A stretch of DNA of 64,000 nt from Gemmatimonadales bacterium. GTDB lineage: Bacteria; Gemmatimonadota; Gemmatimonadetes; Gemmatimonadales; GWC2-71-9. A program made the translations under genes and the position numbers. The notes beneath the pieces were generated by a model. The model worked only from the letters and a program-made list of their open reading frames with translations, did no database searches and was not told the DNA's origin. The first letter of the stretch is position 1; every line of letters begins with the position of its first letter. Shown here piece by piece: positions 28,270-37,709 of the stretch. The DNA lies in the NCBI GenBank assembly GCA_050733075.1, contig JBOHSD010000013.1, positions 4,443 through 68,442 on the forward strand. The letters are read 5' to 3'.

Positions 28270-29358
28270 TTGCCGCTCGTTGATGACGGGCTGACGGGGG
28301 CGCGGATCCTCATCGTGGACGATGAGGAACCGAACATCCGGGTGCTGGAACGGATTCTCGCCCAGTCGGGATACCAGCTGGTCGAGAGCACCACCTCGCC
28401 GCGCACCGTCGGATCGCTTTGCGCCCAATGGAAGCCCGATCTGATCCTGCTCGATCTCCAGATGCCCGACCTCGACGGCATCGGGGTCCTGCGGGAGCTC
28501 AGGCCGCTCATCCCGGCCGACAGCTACCTTCCCATCCTCATACTCACCGGAGACCAATCTCCGGACGCCAAGCGCAAAGCCCTGTCGAGCGGAGCGACCG
28601 ACTTTCTCACCAAGCCGTTCGACATGACCGAGGTGCTCCTCCGCATCCGAAACCTGCTGGAGGCGCGGAGTCTCCACCTGCGGTTACAGAACCACAACCA
28701 GCTGCTCGAGTCGCGGGTGCGGGAGCGTACCCGGGCCCTCGAGAAAGCGCAGCACGAGATCCTCGACCGGCTGGCCGGGGCGGGAGAGTTCCGGGATGAC
28801 GAGACCGGGCAGCACACCCACCGGGTCGGCACCATGTCGGCCGCGCTCGCTCGGGCCCTCGGAGCGGATGCCCGCGCGGTTCACCTGATAGGCCGGGCGG
28901 CGCCGCTGCACGACCTGGGTAAGATCGGCATACCGGATCGGGTGCTGCTCAAGCCCGGCCCGTTCACCGCGGAAGACGCCGCCATCATGCGGACCCACAC
29001 CACCATCGGCGCTGAGATCCTTTCGGGCGGGGAGTCCGAGCTCATCCTGATGGCGGAGCAGATCGCCCTCAGCCATCACGAGCGTTGGGATGGAACCGGA
29101 TATCCCGAGCGCCGCGCGGGGACCGACATCCCCTGGCCGGCCAGAGTGGTGTCGGTGGCCGACGTCTTCGACGCACTCAGCCACGACCGGCCCTATCGCC
29201 CGGCCTGGCCGCTGGACGCGGTCATCCGCGAGATCGAGAAGGTTGCGGGGAGCCAGCTCGACCCCGAGATGGCGGGCAGGTTCCTGTCCTCATGTGTCAA
29301 AGACTACACCGAAACGCTCAACCTCCCACCCTGGCGGCGTGAGGGCCGCCGGGGGTGA
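28270..29358 (+). CDS. Response regulator with HD-GYP domain (c-di-GMP phosphodiesterase type)
   Basis: 3' part of track ORF 27820..29358, with a probable TTG start at 28270. REC (ILIVDDEEPN...DLILLDLQMPDLDG...TKPF). HD-GYP (HDLGKIGIP, HHERWDGTGYP). Confidence 0.85.
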   Translation: MPLVDDGLTGARILIVDDEEPNIRVLERILAQSGYQLVESTTSPRTVGSLCAQWKPDLILLDLQMPDLDGIGVLRELRPLIPADSYLPILILTGDQSPDAKRKALSSGATDFLTKPFDMTEVLLRIRNLLEARSLHLRLQNHNQLLESRVRERTRALEKAQHEILDRLAGAGEFRDDETGQHTHRVGTMSAALARALGADARAVHLIGRAAPLHDLGKIGIPDRVLLKPGPFTAEDAAIMRTHTTIGAEILSGGESELILMAEQIALSHHERWDGTGYPERRAGTDIPWPARVVSVADVFDALSHDRPYRPAWPLDAVIREIEKVAGSQLDPEMAGRFLSSCVKDYTETLNLPPWRREGRRG

Positions 29359-31690
29359 GCAGGTCCATCCGCCGCAGCAGATCCTGAAAGCGCGGATCGC
29401 TGCGCAGCTCGTCGAAAATCGGGTCCACGCTGAGATAGGGCATATTGGGGTCGCGCGCCTGGTACGCCTTCTCCAGCCAATCGAGGGCCGCCTCATTTTT
29501 CCCGGCCCGGGTGTAGAGGGTCCCGATCTGCCAGGGCGTGACATGTGAGGTCCGCGAGCGTGCTGTCAGCAGCTCCGCCACCCGGGTCAGGGCCCCGGAA
29601 TAGCCCGCCTCCGCCGAGCCCCGAGCCAAGGCTTCTGCGGCTTCTGCGTCACCCTTCGCGAGGAAGGAAGCCTTCCACACATCCAGCGCCTCAGGGTACA
29701 TCGCCTTCTGGTGGTAGGCCGAGCGCAGGGTCGCCAGGGCCACCGCGTTGTGCGGCTCGGTCTTGAGGGTCTCCTGGAGGAGTGCGATGGCATCGTCGAA
29801 ACGGCGGGCGTACATCAGGTCCATGGCGTAAAGACCCTGGAAGAGCGGGTTGAGCGGGTCCAGCTTCAGGGCGAGGTCGATCTGGGCCATGGCCTCTTTC
29901 GGCCGGCCGAGAATGTGCAACAGGTGGGAGTAGTAGGCGCGCGACTGAGGTCCGTTAGGGTTGAGCGCGATGGCCCGCCGGAAAGAGCTCTCCGCTCCCT
30001 TCCAGTCCCAATCGGTCCAGCATCTTATACCCGCCAATGTGAAGTGGACGTCGGCGAGGGTGCTATCCAGGGCCAGGGCTCTCGCGGCGGCCGCCTTCGC
30101 CAGCGGGCTCGCCTTGCTGGCAGCTACGTACCCGTTCTGCTGGCGTGCCACCCAGACCAGCGCGATTCCGGCATGAGCCAGCGCATAGCCCGGATCCCTC
30201 GTCAGCGCCAGGCGGAAGTACTGTTCGGCGGTCTCGAGATCCTGTGGCGTGGCTCTGCGCCAGTGGAACATCCCCTTGAGATAGGCCTCATACGCCTCGG
30301 GGTTCACCGGTTGCGCGTCGCTCAACCGGGCCTCCGCTTCCGGCGTCAGCGCCGAGCGAACCTCGCCGGCGATGGCCCGCGTCACCTGGCGGTGCAGGGC
30401 CTGCACGCTCCGCAGGTCGCCGGCATAGGCGCCTGCCCACAGCGTTTGCTCGGTCCCACCATCGACCAGTTGCGCCCGGATGAACACGCTGTCTCCCGAC
30501 CGGGCCACCGAGGCCTCCACCACGGCGTCGGCGTTCAGTTCCCGGGTGATCTCCCGAGCCGGCTTGATAGTTTGTTGGTACTGCATCACCGAGGTACGGC
30601 CGATGACCGGGACCCCCGCCTGGGCCAGCTCGGATATCAGCGCGTCGTGCATCCCCTGGGCGAAGTATTCCTGTTCGGGGTCGTTCGTGAGGTTGGCGAG
30701 GGGGAGCACGGCCAGACGCCGGATGGCGGGCTCCTCCACCATGCCGGACACCCACCAGCCACCGGCTCCCAGGAGCAGAACGCCGGCCGCCGTTCCCCAG
30801 GTACGACGGCGGCGGGCCGACCGGGCCCGACGAGTCTCCGCCGCGATCGACTCGGCCGTGCTGGCCCGGGCCAACTGGGTAGCAAACTGGTCGGCCGTAG
30901 CGAAGCGGTCGGCAGGCACCTTCGCCAGCGCTTTCTGGACCACGCGCTCCACCCCCTGGGGAACGGTCGGACGCAGTGTGCGCAGCGATGGGACCGGGTC
31001 GATGGCGTGACGCGCCATCACCGCCTGAGCCGTGGGCCCGGTGAAGGGCGGCTCACCACCCAGCATCTCGTAGACCAGGCAGCCCAGGCTGTAGATGTCG
31101 GAACGGGCGTCGGCCCCCCGCTCCCCGCTGGACTGCTCCGGGCTCATGTAGGCCGGCGTTCCCAGGGCCAGTCCCGTCTCGGTCAGCCGCGTACCCGCGG
31201 CATCCGCGGCGCGGGCGATGCCGAAGTCGGCCACCACGAACTGGCCACCCGAGAGGAGGACATTCTCGGGCTTGATGTCTCGATGCACCACCCCGTGGGT
31301 GTGGGCATGGGTCAGCGCGTCGGCCACGTTCCTGGCGATCCGCACCGCCTCGTCCAGGGGAAGATGCCGTTCACGATCGAGATGATCCCGGAGGCTTTCG
31401 CCCTCGACATACGGCATGACGTAGTAGAGGAGCCCGTCGGCCTCTCCCGAGTCGTGGAGCGGCAGGATGTTGGGGTGGGAGAGCCTGGCCGCTATCTCGA
31501 TCTCCCGGAGGAATCGCTCGGGACCGATGGCATGGGCCAGCTCCGCCCTGAGCACCTTCACCGCCACCGGGCGTCCGTGCTTCAGGTCGGTCGCGAGGTA
31601 TACCGTAGCCATGCCGCCGTGGCCGAGCTCGCGCTGTATGCGATAGCGGTCGCCGATAATGGACTGGAGGCGGGCAAGGGAATCGGCCAT
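29318..31690 (-). CDS. Ser/Thr protein kinase - TM - TolB-N-like domain - TPR repeats
   Basis: Track ORF 29318..31957. ATG at 31690 gives MADSLARLQSIIGDRYRIQRELGHGGMATVYLA. HRDIKPEN, DFG and SPEQ motifs. TPR-rich C-terminus. Confidence 0.85.
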   Translation of the reverse strand: MADSLARLQSIIGDRYRIQRELGHGGMATVYLATDLKHGRPVAVKVLRAELAHAIGPERFLREIEIAARLSHPNILPLHDSGEADGLLYYVMPYVEGESLRDHLDRERHLPLDEAVRIARNVADALTHAHTHGVVHRDIKPENVLLSGGQFVVADFGIARAADAAGTRLTETGLALGTPAYMSPEQSSGERGADARSDIYSLGCLVYEMLGGEPPFTGPTAQAVMARHAIDPVPSLRTLRPTVPQGVERVVQKALAKVPADRFATADQFATQLARASTAESIAAETRRARSARRRRTWGTAAGVLLLGAGGWWVSGMVEEPAIRRLAVLPLANLTNDPEQEYFAQGMHDALISELAQAGVPVIGRTSVMQYQQTIKPAREITRELNADAVVEASVARSGDSVFIRAQLVDGGTEQTLWAGAYAGDLRSVQALHRQVTRAIAGEVRSALTPEAEARLSDAQPVNPEAYEAYLKGMFHWRRATPQDLETAEQYFRLALTRDPGYALAHAGIALVWVARQQNGYVAASKASPLAKAAAARALALDSTLADVHFTLAGIRCWTDWDWKGAESSFRRAIALNPNGPQSRAYYSHLLHILGRPKEAMAQIDLALKLDPLNPLFQGLYAMDLMYARRFDDAIALLQETLKTEPHNAVALATLRSAYHQKAMYPEALDVWKASFLAKGDAEAAEALARGSAEAGYSGALTRVAELLTARSRTSHVTPWQIGTLYTRAGKNEAALDWLEKAYQARDPNMPYLSVDPIFDELRSDPRFQDLLRRMDLLTPGGPHAARVGG

Positions 31691-32008
31691 CAGGATGTAA
31701 TATGCAGGCCGGACACGGAGATGCACGGTCAAGGCAAGAGGCGTCCTAAAGGAGGCCCACCGAGCGTTGAGTCGCACGCCCTCGGTGAGTAAGGACCGAT
31801 GAGTGTTGCGGGGTCGCGAACACATCTGTCTCAGAGCGCCAGCCCATTGCTTCCGGGAACCAGCATCAACCAGACGATAACCAGTAGCTGAATGAGAGGT
31901 TATCCGCCGAATTCGATCGGGCGCCTTATATGGCCTGGCATATGCAATCGGATGCACTCACGGCCATACAGGATCTTTTCGGCTCGCTCCCCCGCGTCGG
32001 AGACCATC

Positions 32009-33064
32009 ATGTCGCCCCGCCCCACGCTCGAGTTCGCGCTCCCCCTTACCGTGCTTGCCTTGCTCGCTTGTGGTGAGACCACGACCCCGACCCAGCCCGA
32101 TATGGGCGGGGATCCGGCCGCCCTATCGCTGGCAGCGGCCACGAACAGTTGGACCCCACGGGCTCCAACGCCCTTTAGTGAAGAGTTCTACGGGTATGAT
32201 CTTGGGATGGCGCCCAACGCCGCCGGGCAATCAATCGTGTATACGTTCGGCGGCACCGATGGCGAAGGAGGCACCGGGTTCTCGGTGCAGGCCTACAACG
32301 TGACCACTGATACCTGGACGGGAAAGCTCTCCCGGGTCGGCGTGTTCCACTCCAACGGCGTCGGCAAGATCGGGGGCAAGCTCTACTTCTCGGGCGGCTA
32401 CAACGAGGTCGAGACCCCACCGAGCTTCTCCAATCTGGTGTGGGCTTACGACTACTCCCGTGACCGGATGATTCGGAAGGCCGATCTGCCGATCTTCAGC
32501 GCCGAAGGCGTCACGGGTGTCATTAATGGCAAGCTCTACGTGCTCCCGGGCGCCTGTTCCGGGGAGCGCTACCCCAATGCGGGCTACTGTGCCGAGGAAC
32601 CCACTCGCCGCTTCTACCGCTACGATCCGGCCACGAACACCTGGGTGAGCAGGCGACAAGCGCCGCACTTTCACCGGCAAGGCGCTGCTGCCGTGATCGA
32701 CGGCAAGTTGTATGTAGTGGGCGGCCACAACAACTTCACGCCCGTTGCCGATCTTGATGTCTACGATCCGGGGACGAACAGTTGGCGCAGCCTCGCTCCA
32801 ATTCCAACAGCCGGAGGCGCGGCCGGAGCAGCGTTGGGGGGACAATTCTATGTTGTTGTCCAGCAATTCAGCGGAGCCTCTTTCTCCTATCGCTTCTACG
32901 CCTACAACCGATTCACCAACCAGTGGAAGGAGAAGGCAGCTCCCAGCTTTGACCAAGGAGTAGGGGCGTTCCGCGGCAAGGGGTCAGTGACGAAAGTGAC
33001 GCTCGACGGCCGCCCCCGCCTCTTCATGGCCACTGGAGATCAGAGCGCGCTGTACACGCCATGA
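32009..33064 (+). CDS. Kelch-repeat beta-propeller lipoprotein
   Basis: Track ORF 31892..33064. The ATG at 32009 gives a lipobox signal (LALLAC). Repeated GG..GKLY..GG / W motifs. Confidence 0.75.
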   Translation: MSPRPTLEFALPLTVLALLACGETTTPTQPDMGGDPAALSLAAATNSWTPRAPTPFSEEFYGYDLGMAPNAAGQSIVYTFGGTDGEGGTGFSVQAYNVTTDTWTGKLSRVGVFHSNGVGKIGGKLYFSGGYNEVETPPSFSNLVWAYDYSRDRMIRKADLPIFSAEGVTGVINGKLYVLPGACSGERYPNAGYCAEEPTRRFYRYDPATNTWVSRRQAPHFHRQGAAAVIDGKLYVVGGHNNFTPVADLDVYDPGTNSWRSLAPIPTAGGAAGAALGGQFYVVVQQFSGASFSYRFYAYNRFTNQWKEKAAPSFDQGVGAFRGKGSVTKVTLDGRPRLFMATGDQSALYTP

Positions 33065-33104
33065 TGCAAGGGACCGAAACGGTGGGTGGCGAGAGATTAG
33101 AGGA

Positions 33105-33134
33105 AAGGCTTACCTGCTCAGGTAAGCCTTTTTT
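33105..33134 (+). terminator. Rho-independent terminator after the Kelch gene
   Basis: AAGGCTTACC-TGCTCA-GGTAAGCCTT perfect 10-bp stem followed by TTTT. Confidence 0.6.
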
Positions 33135-33162
33135 AAGGTGTGGTAAGTGCTGGTCTGAGAAG

Positions 33163-33235
33163 CTCCCGAGGAGGGACTCGAACCCCCGACCCGGTGATTA
33201 ACAGTCACCTGCTCTACCAGCTGAGCTACTCGGGA
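33163..33235 (-). tRNA. tRNA-Asn (anticodon GTT)
   Basis: Folded by hand. Acceptor TCCCGAG/CTCGGGA, D-arm GCTC-AGCTGGTA-GAGC, anticodon arm GGTGA-CTGTTAA-TCACC, T-arm GGGGG-TTCGAGT-CCCTC. CCA is not encoded. Confidence 0.9.
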
Positions 33236-33245
33236 AAGCGTAACA

Positions 33246-33274
33246 ATTGTAATGACTTAGCCAGCCGTACTCAA
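33246..33274 (-). promoter_or_regulatory. Candidate sigma70-type promoter for tRNA-Asn (TTGAGT-17 nt-TACAAT)
   Basis: Minus-strand reading: the -35 element is at 33274-33269 and the -10 element at 33251-33246. The -10 ends 10 nt before the mature tRNA 5' end. Confidence 0.4.
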
Positions 33275-33289
33275 GACCTCATTACTCGT

Positions 33290-33309
33290 AAGTTATCCTA
33301 AAGTTATTC
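33290..33309. repeat. 20-nt AT-rich direct repeat, left copy (AAGTTATCCTAAAGTTATTC)
   Basis: Exact match to 37710-37729, read directly. Confidence 0.9.
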
Positions 33310-33556
33310 CTCCGCGCGCCTAAGCTAGCGGCCTGGCCCCCCGGGTCAAGGCGCGTAGGCGGGAAACCTTCGGAACGCGGAGCGAAACAGGCACCCTGGC
33401 TTTGGGCGGCCAGACTCTATAGTATCAGGCAGAAATTCGGCGTTTCTTCAAGTATCAGTACTCTCGATCGTTGTAGACTACGTCACTGCCTTCCGCCATT
33501 TCGGACCAGGGTGCCCGACGAAGCCCTGCGGCAAGGGAGATCCATCCTCAAGTGTC

Positions 33557-33973
33557 ATGTCACCGCCGCGTCATAGTCGCCCGCCACCGGAAGAACTGAA
33601 ACGGCTGCTCGCCCGCACGCCGTTCATCCAAAACGAGTGCGACCTCGATCTGCTGGCGTTCTTGCACCGGCATCCGCGCACCCTGCTGACCAGCGAGCAA
33701 CTGGCCGGGTTTGTCGGCTACAACATCAAGGATGTCGCCAGAGCGGTGGATGCCTTCATCGAGGCCGGCCTGCTGGGACGGGCGCCTCAGCATTCGATGC
33801 ATGCGGCACGCATGTTCCTTCTCCTGATCGATGGCCCGCATGGAGGACCAGTACGCGCGTTGCTGGAAATGGTTACCACCCGAGAAGGAAAGCGGGCCAT
33901 TCTGGAAGCCTTGAACGCGCCAGGACCCCACCCAGAACCTGGCCCCGCTCTGGAACTGCGGGTGGCGAGATAG
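33557..33973 (+). CDS. Hypothetical wHTH-like protein (first gene of islet)
   Basis: Track ORF. The segment LTSEQLAGFVGYNIKDVARAVDAFIEAGLL looks like a MarR/wHTH recognition region. No family recognised. Confidence 0.5.
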   Translation: MSPPRHSRPPPEELKRLLARTPFIQNECDLDLLAFLHRHPRTLLTSEQLAGFVGYNIKDVARAVDAFIEAGLLGRAPQHSMHAARMFLLLIDGPHGGPVRALLEMVTTREGKRAILEALNAPGPHPEPGPALELRVAR

Positions 33974-34000
33974 CTAGCAGCTCAAAGCTGGAGAGTTTTC

Positions 34001-35551
34001 ATGCCTGAATCTGATCTGGTAAGAACCGGTGTCGCCGGGCTCGATGAGATCTTGTCCGGCGGAATTCCGCGCGGCAACCTGATACTCCTGGAAGGCGCCA
34101 TCGGCTGCGGCAAGACCACGCTGGGCGTGGAGTTTGTCTACCGCGGGGCTAGCCAGTTTGATGAACCCGGCATCATCGTCCTCTTCGAGACGTCGCCCGA
34201 CAAGATCATCCGGGATGCCCAGCGCTTCGGCTGGGACCTGCGCGAGTTGGAACGCACCAACCGGTTGAGAATCGTGTTCACCAGTCGCGACGTCTTGCGC
34301 CAGGAGCTGCAGCAGGCCGACAGTGTGTTGCTCGAAGAGGCCACCAGGATCGGCGCCCGCCGCATCTTCATCGATGGTGTGGCCCGACTGGGCGGTGGCA
34401 ACGGCACCCAGGAGTCCCGTTCGGCGTTTCATGTCTTCACCGAGGGGCTGCAGCGGGAGAACCTGACGGCTATTCTGGCGATTGAAGCCTCGGAGTACAA
34501 CCCCGACCAATCCGTTTCGCTGCCCGAGGAATCCATTGCCGACACGGTCATCCGCCTGAGGATGGAGGACAACCAGCGCGCCGTTGTCCGCTCGATCGAG
34601 ATCGTGAAATCACGGGGCCAGCACTACCAGATGGGGCGCCACACCTTTCGCATCATCGATGGCCACGGCCTCCAGGTGTACCGCCGGGTGCAGGCACCCC
34701 GGGGCGGGCAGCGCGACCGCGCCGCGGCCTACGATCCCACCACCCGCATCTCGACTGGAATCCCCGGGCTCGACGAGCTCACCAATGGGGGATACTTCGT
34801 CGGCAGTACCACCGTGGTGGCAGGAATCTCCGGTGTCGGCAAGAGCGTGATGGGTCTCCAGTACATCGCGGAAGGCGCGCGGCGCGGCGAACGCAGCCTG
34901 ATGCTGAGCCTGGACGAGCAGGTGGAACAGATCATCCGCAATGCCGCCAGCATCGGCATCGATCTTCGCCGCGAGGTGAAGCGTAGCCTGATCCGCGTAG
35001 AGTATGAGCCGCCCCAGGAGATCGAGGTGGATGTGCACTTCCACCACATCGAGCAACTGGTGGAGGAGTTCCAGCCCAAGCGGGTGGTAATCGACAGCCT
35101 GTCCACTTACGGTTCGAATCTCGGCACCCAGGGAAGGATCTTTCGAGATTTTTTCCACGCCATGGTGGCCCTGATGAAGGAGCATCAGATCGCGGCAGTC
35201 TACAATCACGAAAACCCGGAGATGCTGGGGATGGCGTCCATGATGGGCGACTTCGCCATGAGCTCGCTGGTGGATAACATCATCCTCATGAACTGGGCCG
35301 AGCTGGGTGACACGTTCCGCCTGGGGCTGACCATCGCCAAGATGCGCGCCAATCCGGTCATCAGGACCACGCGCGAGGTTGAGGTTCTTGACGGCCAGGG
35401 CATGCGCGTGCTGCCGCGAGAGCTGCGCGTGCCGGCGGACCAGCACCCATTCTCCAGCTACGCCGGGCTGGTGTCGCGGGCCCCCGAGCGGCGCGACCTT
35501 CACCGGCAAGCTGAAGTAAAGGACAAAGCTCGTGGTAAATCCCCGCGCTGA
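34001..35551 (+). CDS. KaiC-like double RecA-domain ATPase
   Basis: Track ORF. GGAGAG Shine-Dalgarno 7 nt upstream. Two KaiC-type domains, each with GLDE..GGIP/GGYF, Walker A (GAIGCGKT, GISGVGKS) and Walker B (RIFIDGV, VVIDSLS). Confidence 0.85.
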   Translation: MPESDLVRTGVAGLDEILSGGIPRGNLILLEGAIGCGKTTLGVEFVYRGASQFDEPGIIVLFETSPDKIIRDAQRFGWDLRELERTNRLRIVFTSRDVLRQELQQADSVLLEEATRIGARRIFIDGVARLGGGNGTQESRSAFHVFTEGLQRENLTAILAIEASEYNPDQSVSLPEESIADTVIRLRMEDNQRAVVRSIEIVKSRGQHYQMGRHTFRIIDGHGLQVYRRVQAPRGGQRDRAAAYDPTTRISTGIPGLDELTNGGYFVGSTTVVAGISGVGKSVMGLQYIAEGARRGERSLMLSLDEQVEQIIRNAASIGIDLRREVKRSLIRVEYEPPQEIEVDVHFHHIEQLVEEFQPKRVVIDSLSTYGSNLGTQGRIFRDFFHAMVALMKEHQIAAVYNHENPEMLGMASMMGDFAMSSLVDNIILMNWAELGDTFRLGLTIAKMRANPVIRTTREVEVLDGQGMRVLPRELRVPADQHPFSSYAGLVSRAPERRDLHRQAEVKDKARGKSPR

Positions 35552-37574
35552 CCCGCTCTTCAGCTCCGAGCTGTGGGAGTCAGCGCTGGAGAAGTTTGCC
35601 ACCGTGGCCCACCTGACCGTCCGCTTGTTCGATACGGACGCGCGCGCTGTCCTCGGCCCGGTGCATCCCACGCCGTTGTTCCAGGTGTTCGAGGAAACCG
35701 GCTACGACCCCGGTATTTTTGCCGAATGTGCCCGCCGCTGCATCGCGCAGACCGAGGAACGTCCCGCGGTTGTGGTCTCTCAGTTCCAGGGTTTGGCTGT
35801 CGTAGGGGCCTCGCTGATGCTGGAGGGCAAGATCGTCGGGGCGGCGGTTGCCGGATACGCCTTTGCGGACTTCTGTCAGGTATCGGAGGTTCAGCGCCTG
35901 GCGCGCCAGTCCGGCATTGGCTTCGAGCGGCTGTGGGAGGTCGCGCGCAAGGAGCCGCCGGTACCCCAACGCCGGTTGCTGGTGCATGGCGAGCTGCTGC
36001 AAGTCCTCGGTGATTCGCTGCTGCGAGAGAACTACCGCACCCGACAGTACGAGCACGCCGCCGCCATCGTGAATTCCTCCGACGATGCCATCATCAGCGA
36101 GAATCTCGAAGGCGTTATTACCAGTTGGAATCGGGGGGCGGAGCGTCTCTTTGGCTATACCGCGCAAGAAGCCGTTGGGCGGCCGATAGCCATTCTCACG
36201 CCTCCTGGGCGGATCGACGAAGCCCCGCGCATTCTAGAGCGGATCCGCCAGGGAGAGTCCATCGAACATTATGAGGTGGTCCGCCGCCGCAAGGACGGCA
36301 GGTTGCTCGACATCTCGTTGACGGCTTCTCCCATCACCGCTGCGCGCGGTCAACTTGCCGGCATTTCGGAGATCGGACGCGATAACACCGACCGCAAACG
36401 GGCCGAGGAGGCGCTCCGCAGCGCTGACCGCATGGAGGCGGTGGGCCGGCTGGCCGGCGGCGTGGCCCACGAGGCCAACAACCAGATGACGGTGGTGCTG
36501 GGTTGCGCGGGTTTCGCCCTCCGCCAGCCTGATCTGGCACCCGAGCTGCACCAGGAGCTCCTCAATATCCGCAAGGCGGCAGAGCGAACTGCCGCCATCA
36601 CCGCACAGCTGCTGGCCTTCAGCCGGCGCCAGATACTCCAGCCGGCGCCATTGGACCTGAACGAGGTGGTCCGCGCATTCGCGCCGATTCTTCACCGGAC
36701 GCTGGGCGATGCAAGCGAGCTGGAGCTAGAGCTCTCGCCGTGTGAGGTCGCGGTTGTCGCCGACCGGGGCCAGCTGGAGCAGGTCCTGCTCAACCTGACC
36801 CTCAACGCCCGCGATGCGATGCTAAATAGCGGCAGGCTCACGATCGGGACCGGCATCGTGACACTCCCCCGGCTGGGGCCCCACAGCGTCCTCACAGAGC
36901 CCCTGCCTCCCGGTCAGTACGGGGCGCTCACGGTGCAGGACACGGGACAGGGCATGAGCCCGGAGACGGTGACCCGGATCTTTGAGCCGTTCTTCACCAC
37001 CAAGCCCATTGGCGACGGCACCGGCCTCGGACTCTCCACTGTGTACGGCATCGTGCGGCAATTGGGCGGCACGATCCGGGTGCATAGCGCACCCAGCAGC
37101 GGCACGATCTTCCGGATGTATCTGCCGCTGACAGAGTTGCCCAAAGCGGCGGAAGCCGATCGGCCCACCGGGCCCTGGGCCGCTGCGACCGGCACCGTCC
37201 TGGTTGTGGAGGATGAGCCGGCGGTGCGCACCTTGGCGGTGCGCGCGTTGCAAGCCGATGGGTTTCAGGTGCTCGAGGCCGGGCACGGCCAAGAGGCCGT
37301 CGAGCTCCTCGGCAGGCACCGGGGTTCCGTACAAGCCGTCGTCGCTGATGTGGCGATGCCGGTCATGAGTGGTCCCGAGCTAGCCGAGCGGCTGGCGCAA
37401 TCCCATCCGGGAACCCCAGTGCTCCTGATGTCGGGCTATGCCGCCGAGGAGTTGGTGCGGCGGGGAATGCTGCCGAAGGACGCCGCACCGCTGCTGACGA
37501 AACCGTTTGCGCCGGAAGTCCTGGTCGAGCGGGTGCGGGCCCTGGTGGAATCGGTGCGATCCCTGGCTGGATAG
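35532..37574 (+). CDS. Hybrid sensor histidine kinase: PocR-like N-terminal domain - PAS - HisKA - HATPase_c - REC
   Basis: Track ORF. GTG start 20 nt inside the kaiC-like 3' end. PAS (ITSWNRGAERLFGYTAQEAVGRP), H-box GGVAHEANNQM, G-boxes DTGQGM and GTGLGLS, REC (VLVVEDEP...DVAMPVMSG...TKPF). Confidence 0.85.
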   Translation: MVNPRADPLFSSELWESALEKFATVAHLTVRLFDTDARAVLGPVHPTPLFQVFEETGYDPGIFAECARRCIAQTEERPAVVVSQFQGLAVVGASLMLEGKIVGAAVAGYAFADFCQVSEVQRLARQSGIGFERLWEVARKEPPVPQRRLLVHGELLQVLGDSLLRENYRTRQYEHAAAIVNSSDDAIISENLEGVITSWNRGAERLFGYTAQEAVGRPIAILTPPGRIDEAPRILERIRQGESIEHYEVVRRRKDGRLLDISLTASPITAARGQLAGISEIGRDNTDRKRAEEALRSADRMEAVGRLAGGVAHEANNQMTVVLGCAGFALRQPDLAPELHQELLNIRKAAERTAAITAQLLAFSRRQILQPAPLDLNEVVRAFAPILHRTLGDASELELELSPCEVAVVADRGQLEQVLLNLTLNARDAMLNSGRLTIGTGIVTLPRLGPHSVLTEPLPPGQYGALTVQDTGQGMSPETVTRIFEPFFTTKPIGDGTGLGLSTVYGIVRQLGGTIRVHSAPSSGTIFRMYLPLTELPKAAEADRPTGPWAAATGTVLVVEDEPAVRTLAVRALQADGFQVLEAGHGQEAVELLGRHRGSVQAVVADVAMPVMSGPELAERLAQSHPGTPVLLMSGYAAEELVRRGMLPKDAAPLLTKPFAPEVLVERVRALVESVRSLAG

Positions 37575-37709
37575 GGACAATTGTCGCAGAACGCGGGGAG
37601 TTCCGGCATTCTTAGCTCCGGGGTGTGTTGTGTGTTGCCTTAGGCTCTCATTCCGAATCGACTCAGCCAACGCCCGCCGTCTCCATTGGGTGAAACGTAC
37701 GACTGAGAA

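Noticed and set aside
33557-37574. KaiC-like module as a bona fide circadian oscillator
   Set aside because: No kaiB or kaiA is in the window and no rhythmic function can be inferred from sequence. I only support a KaiC-family ATPase coupled to a sensor kinase.
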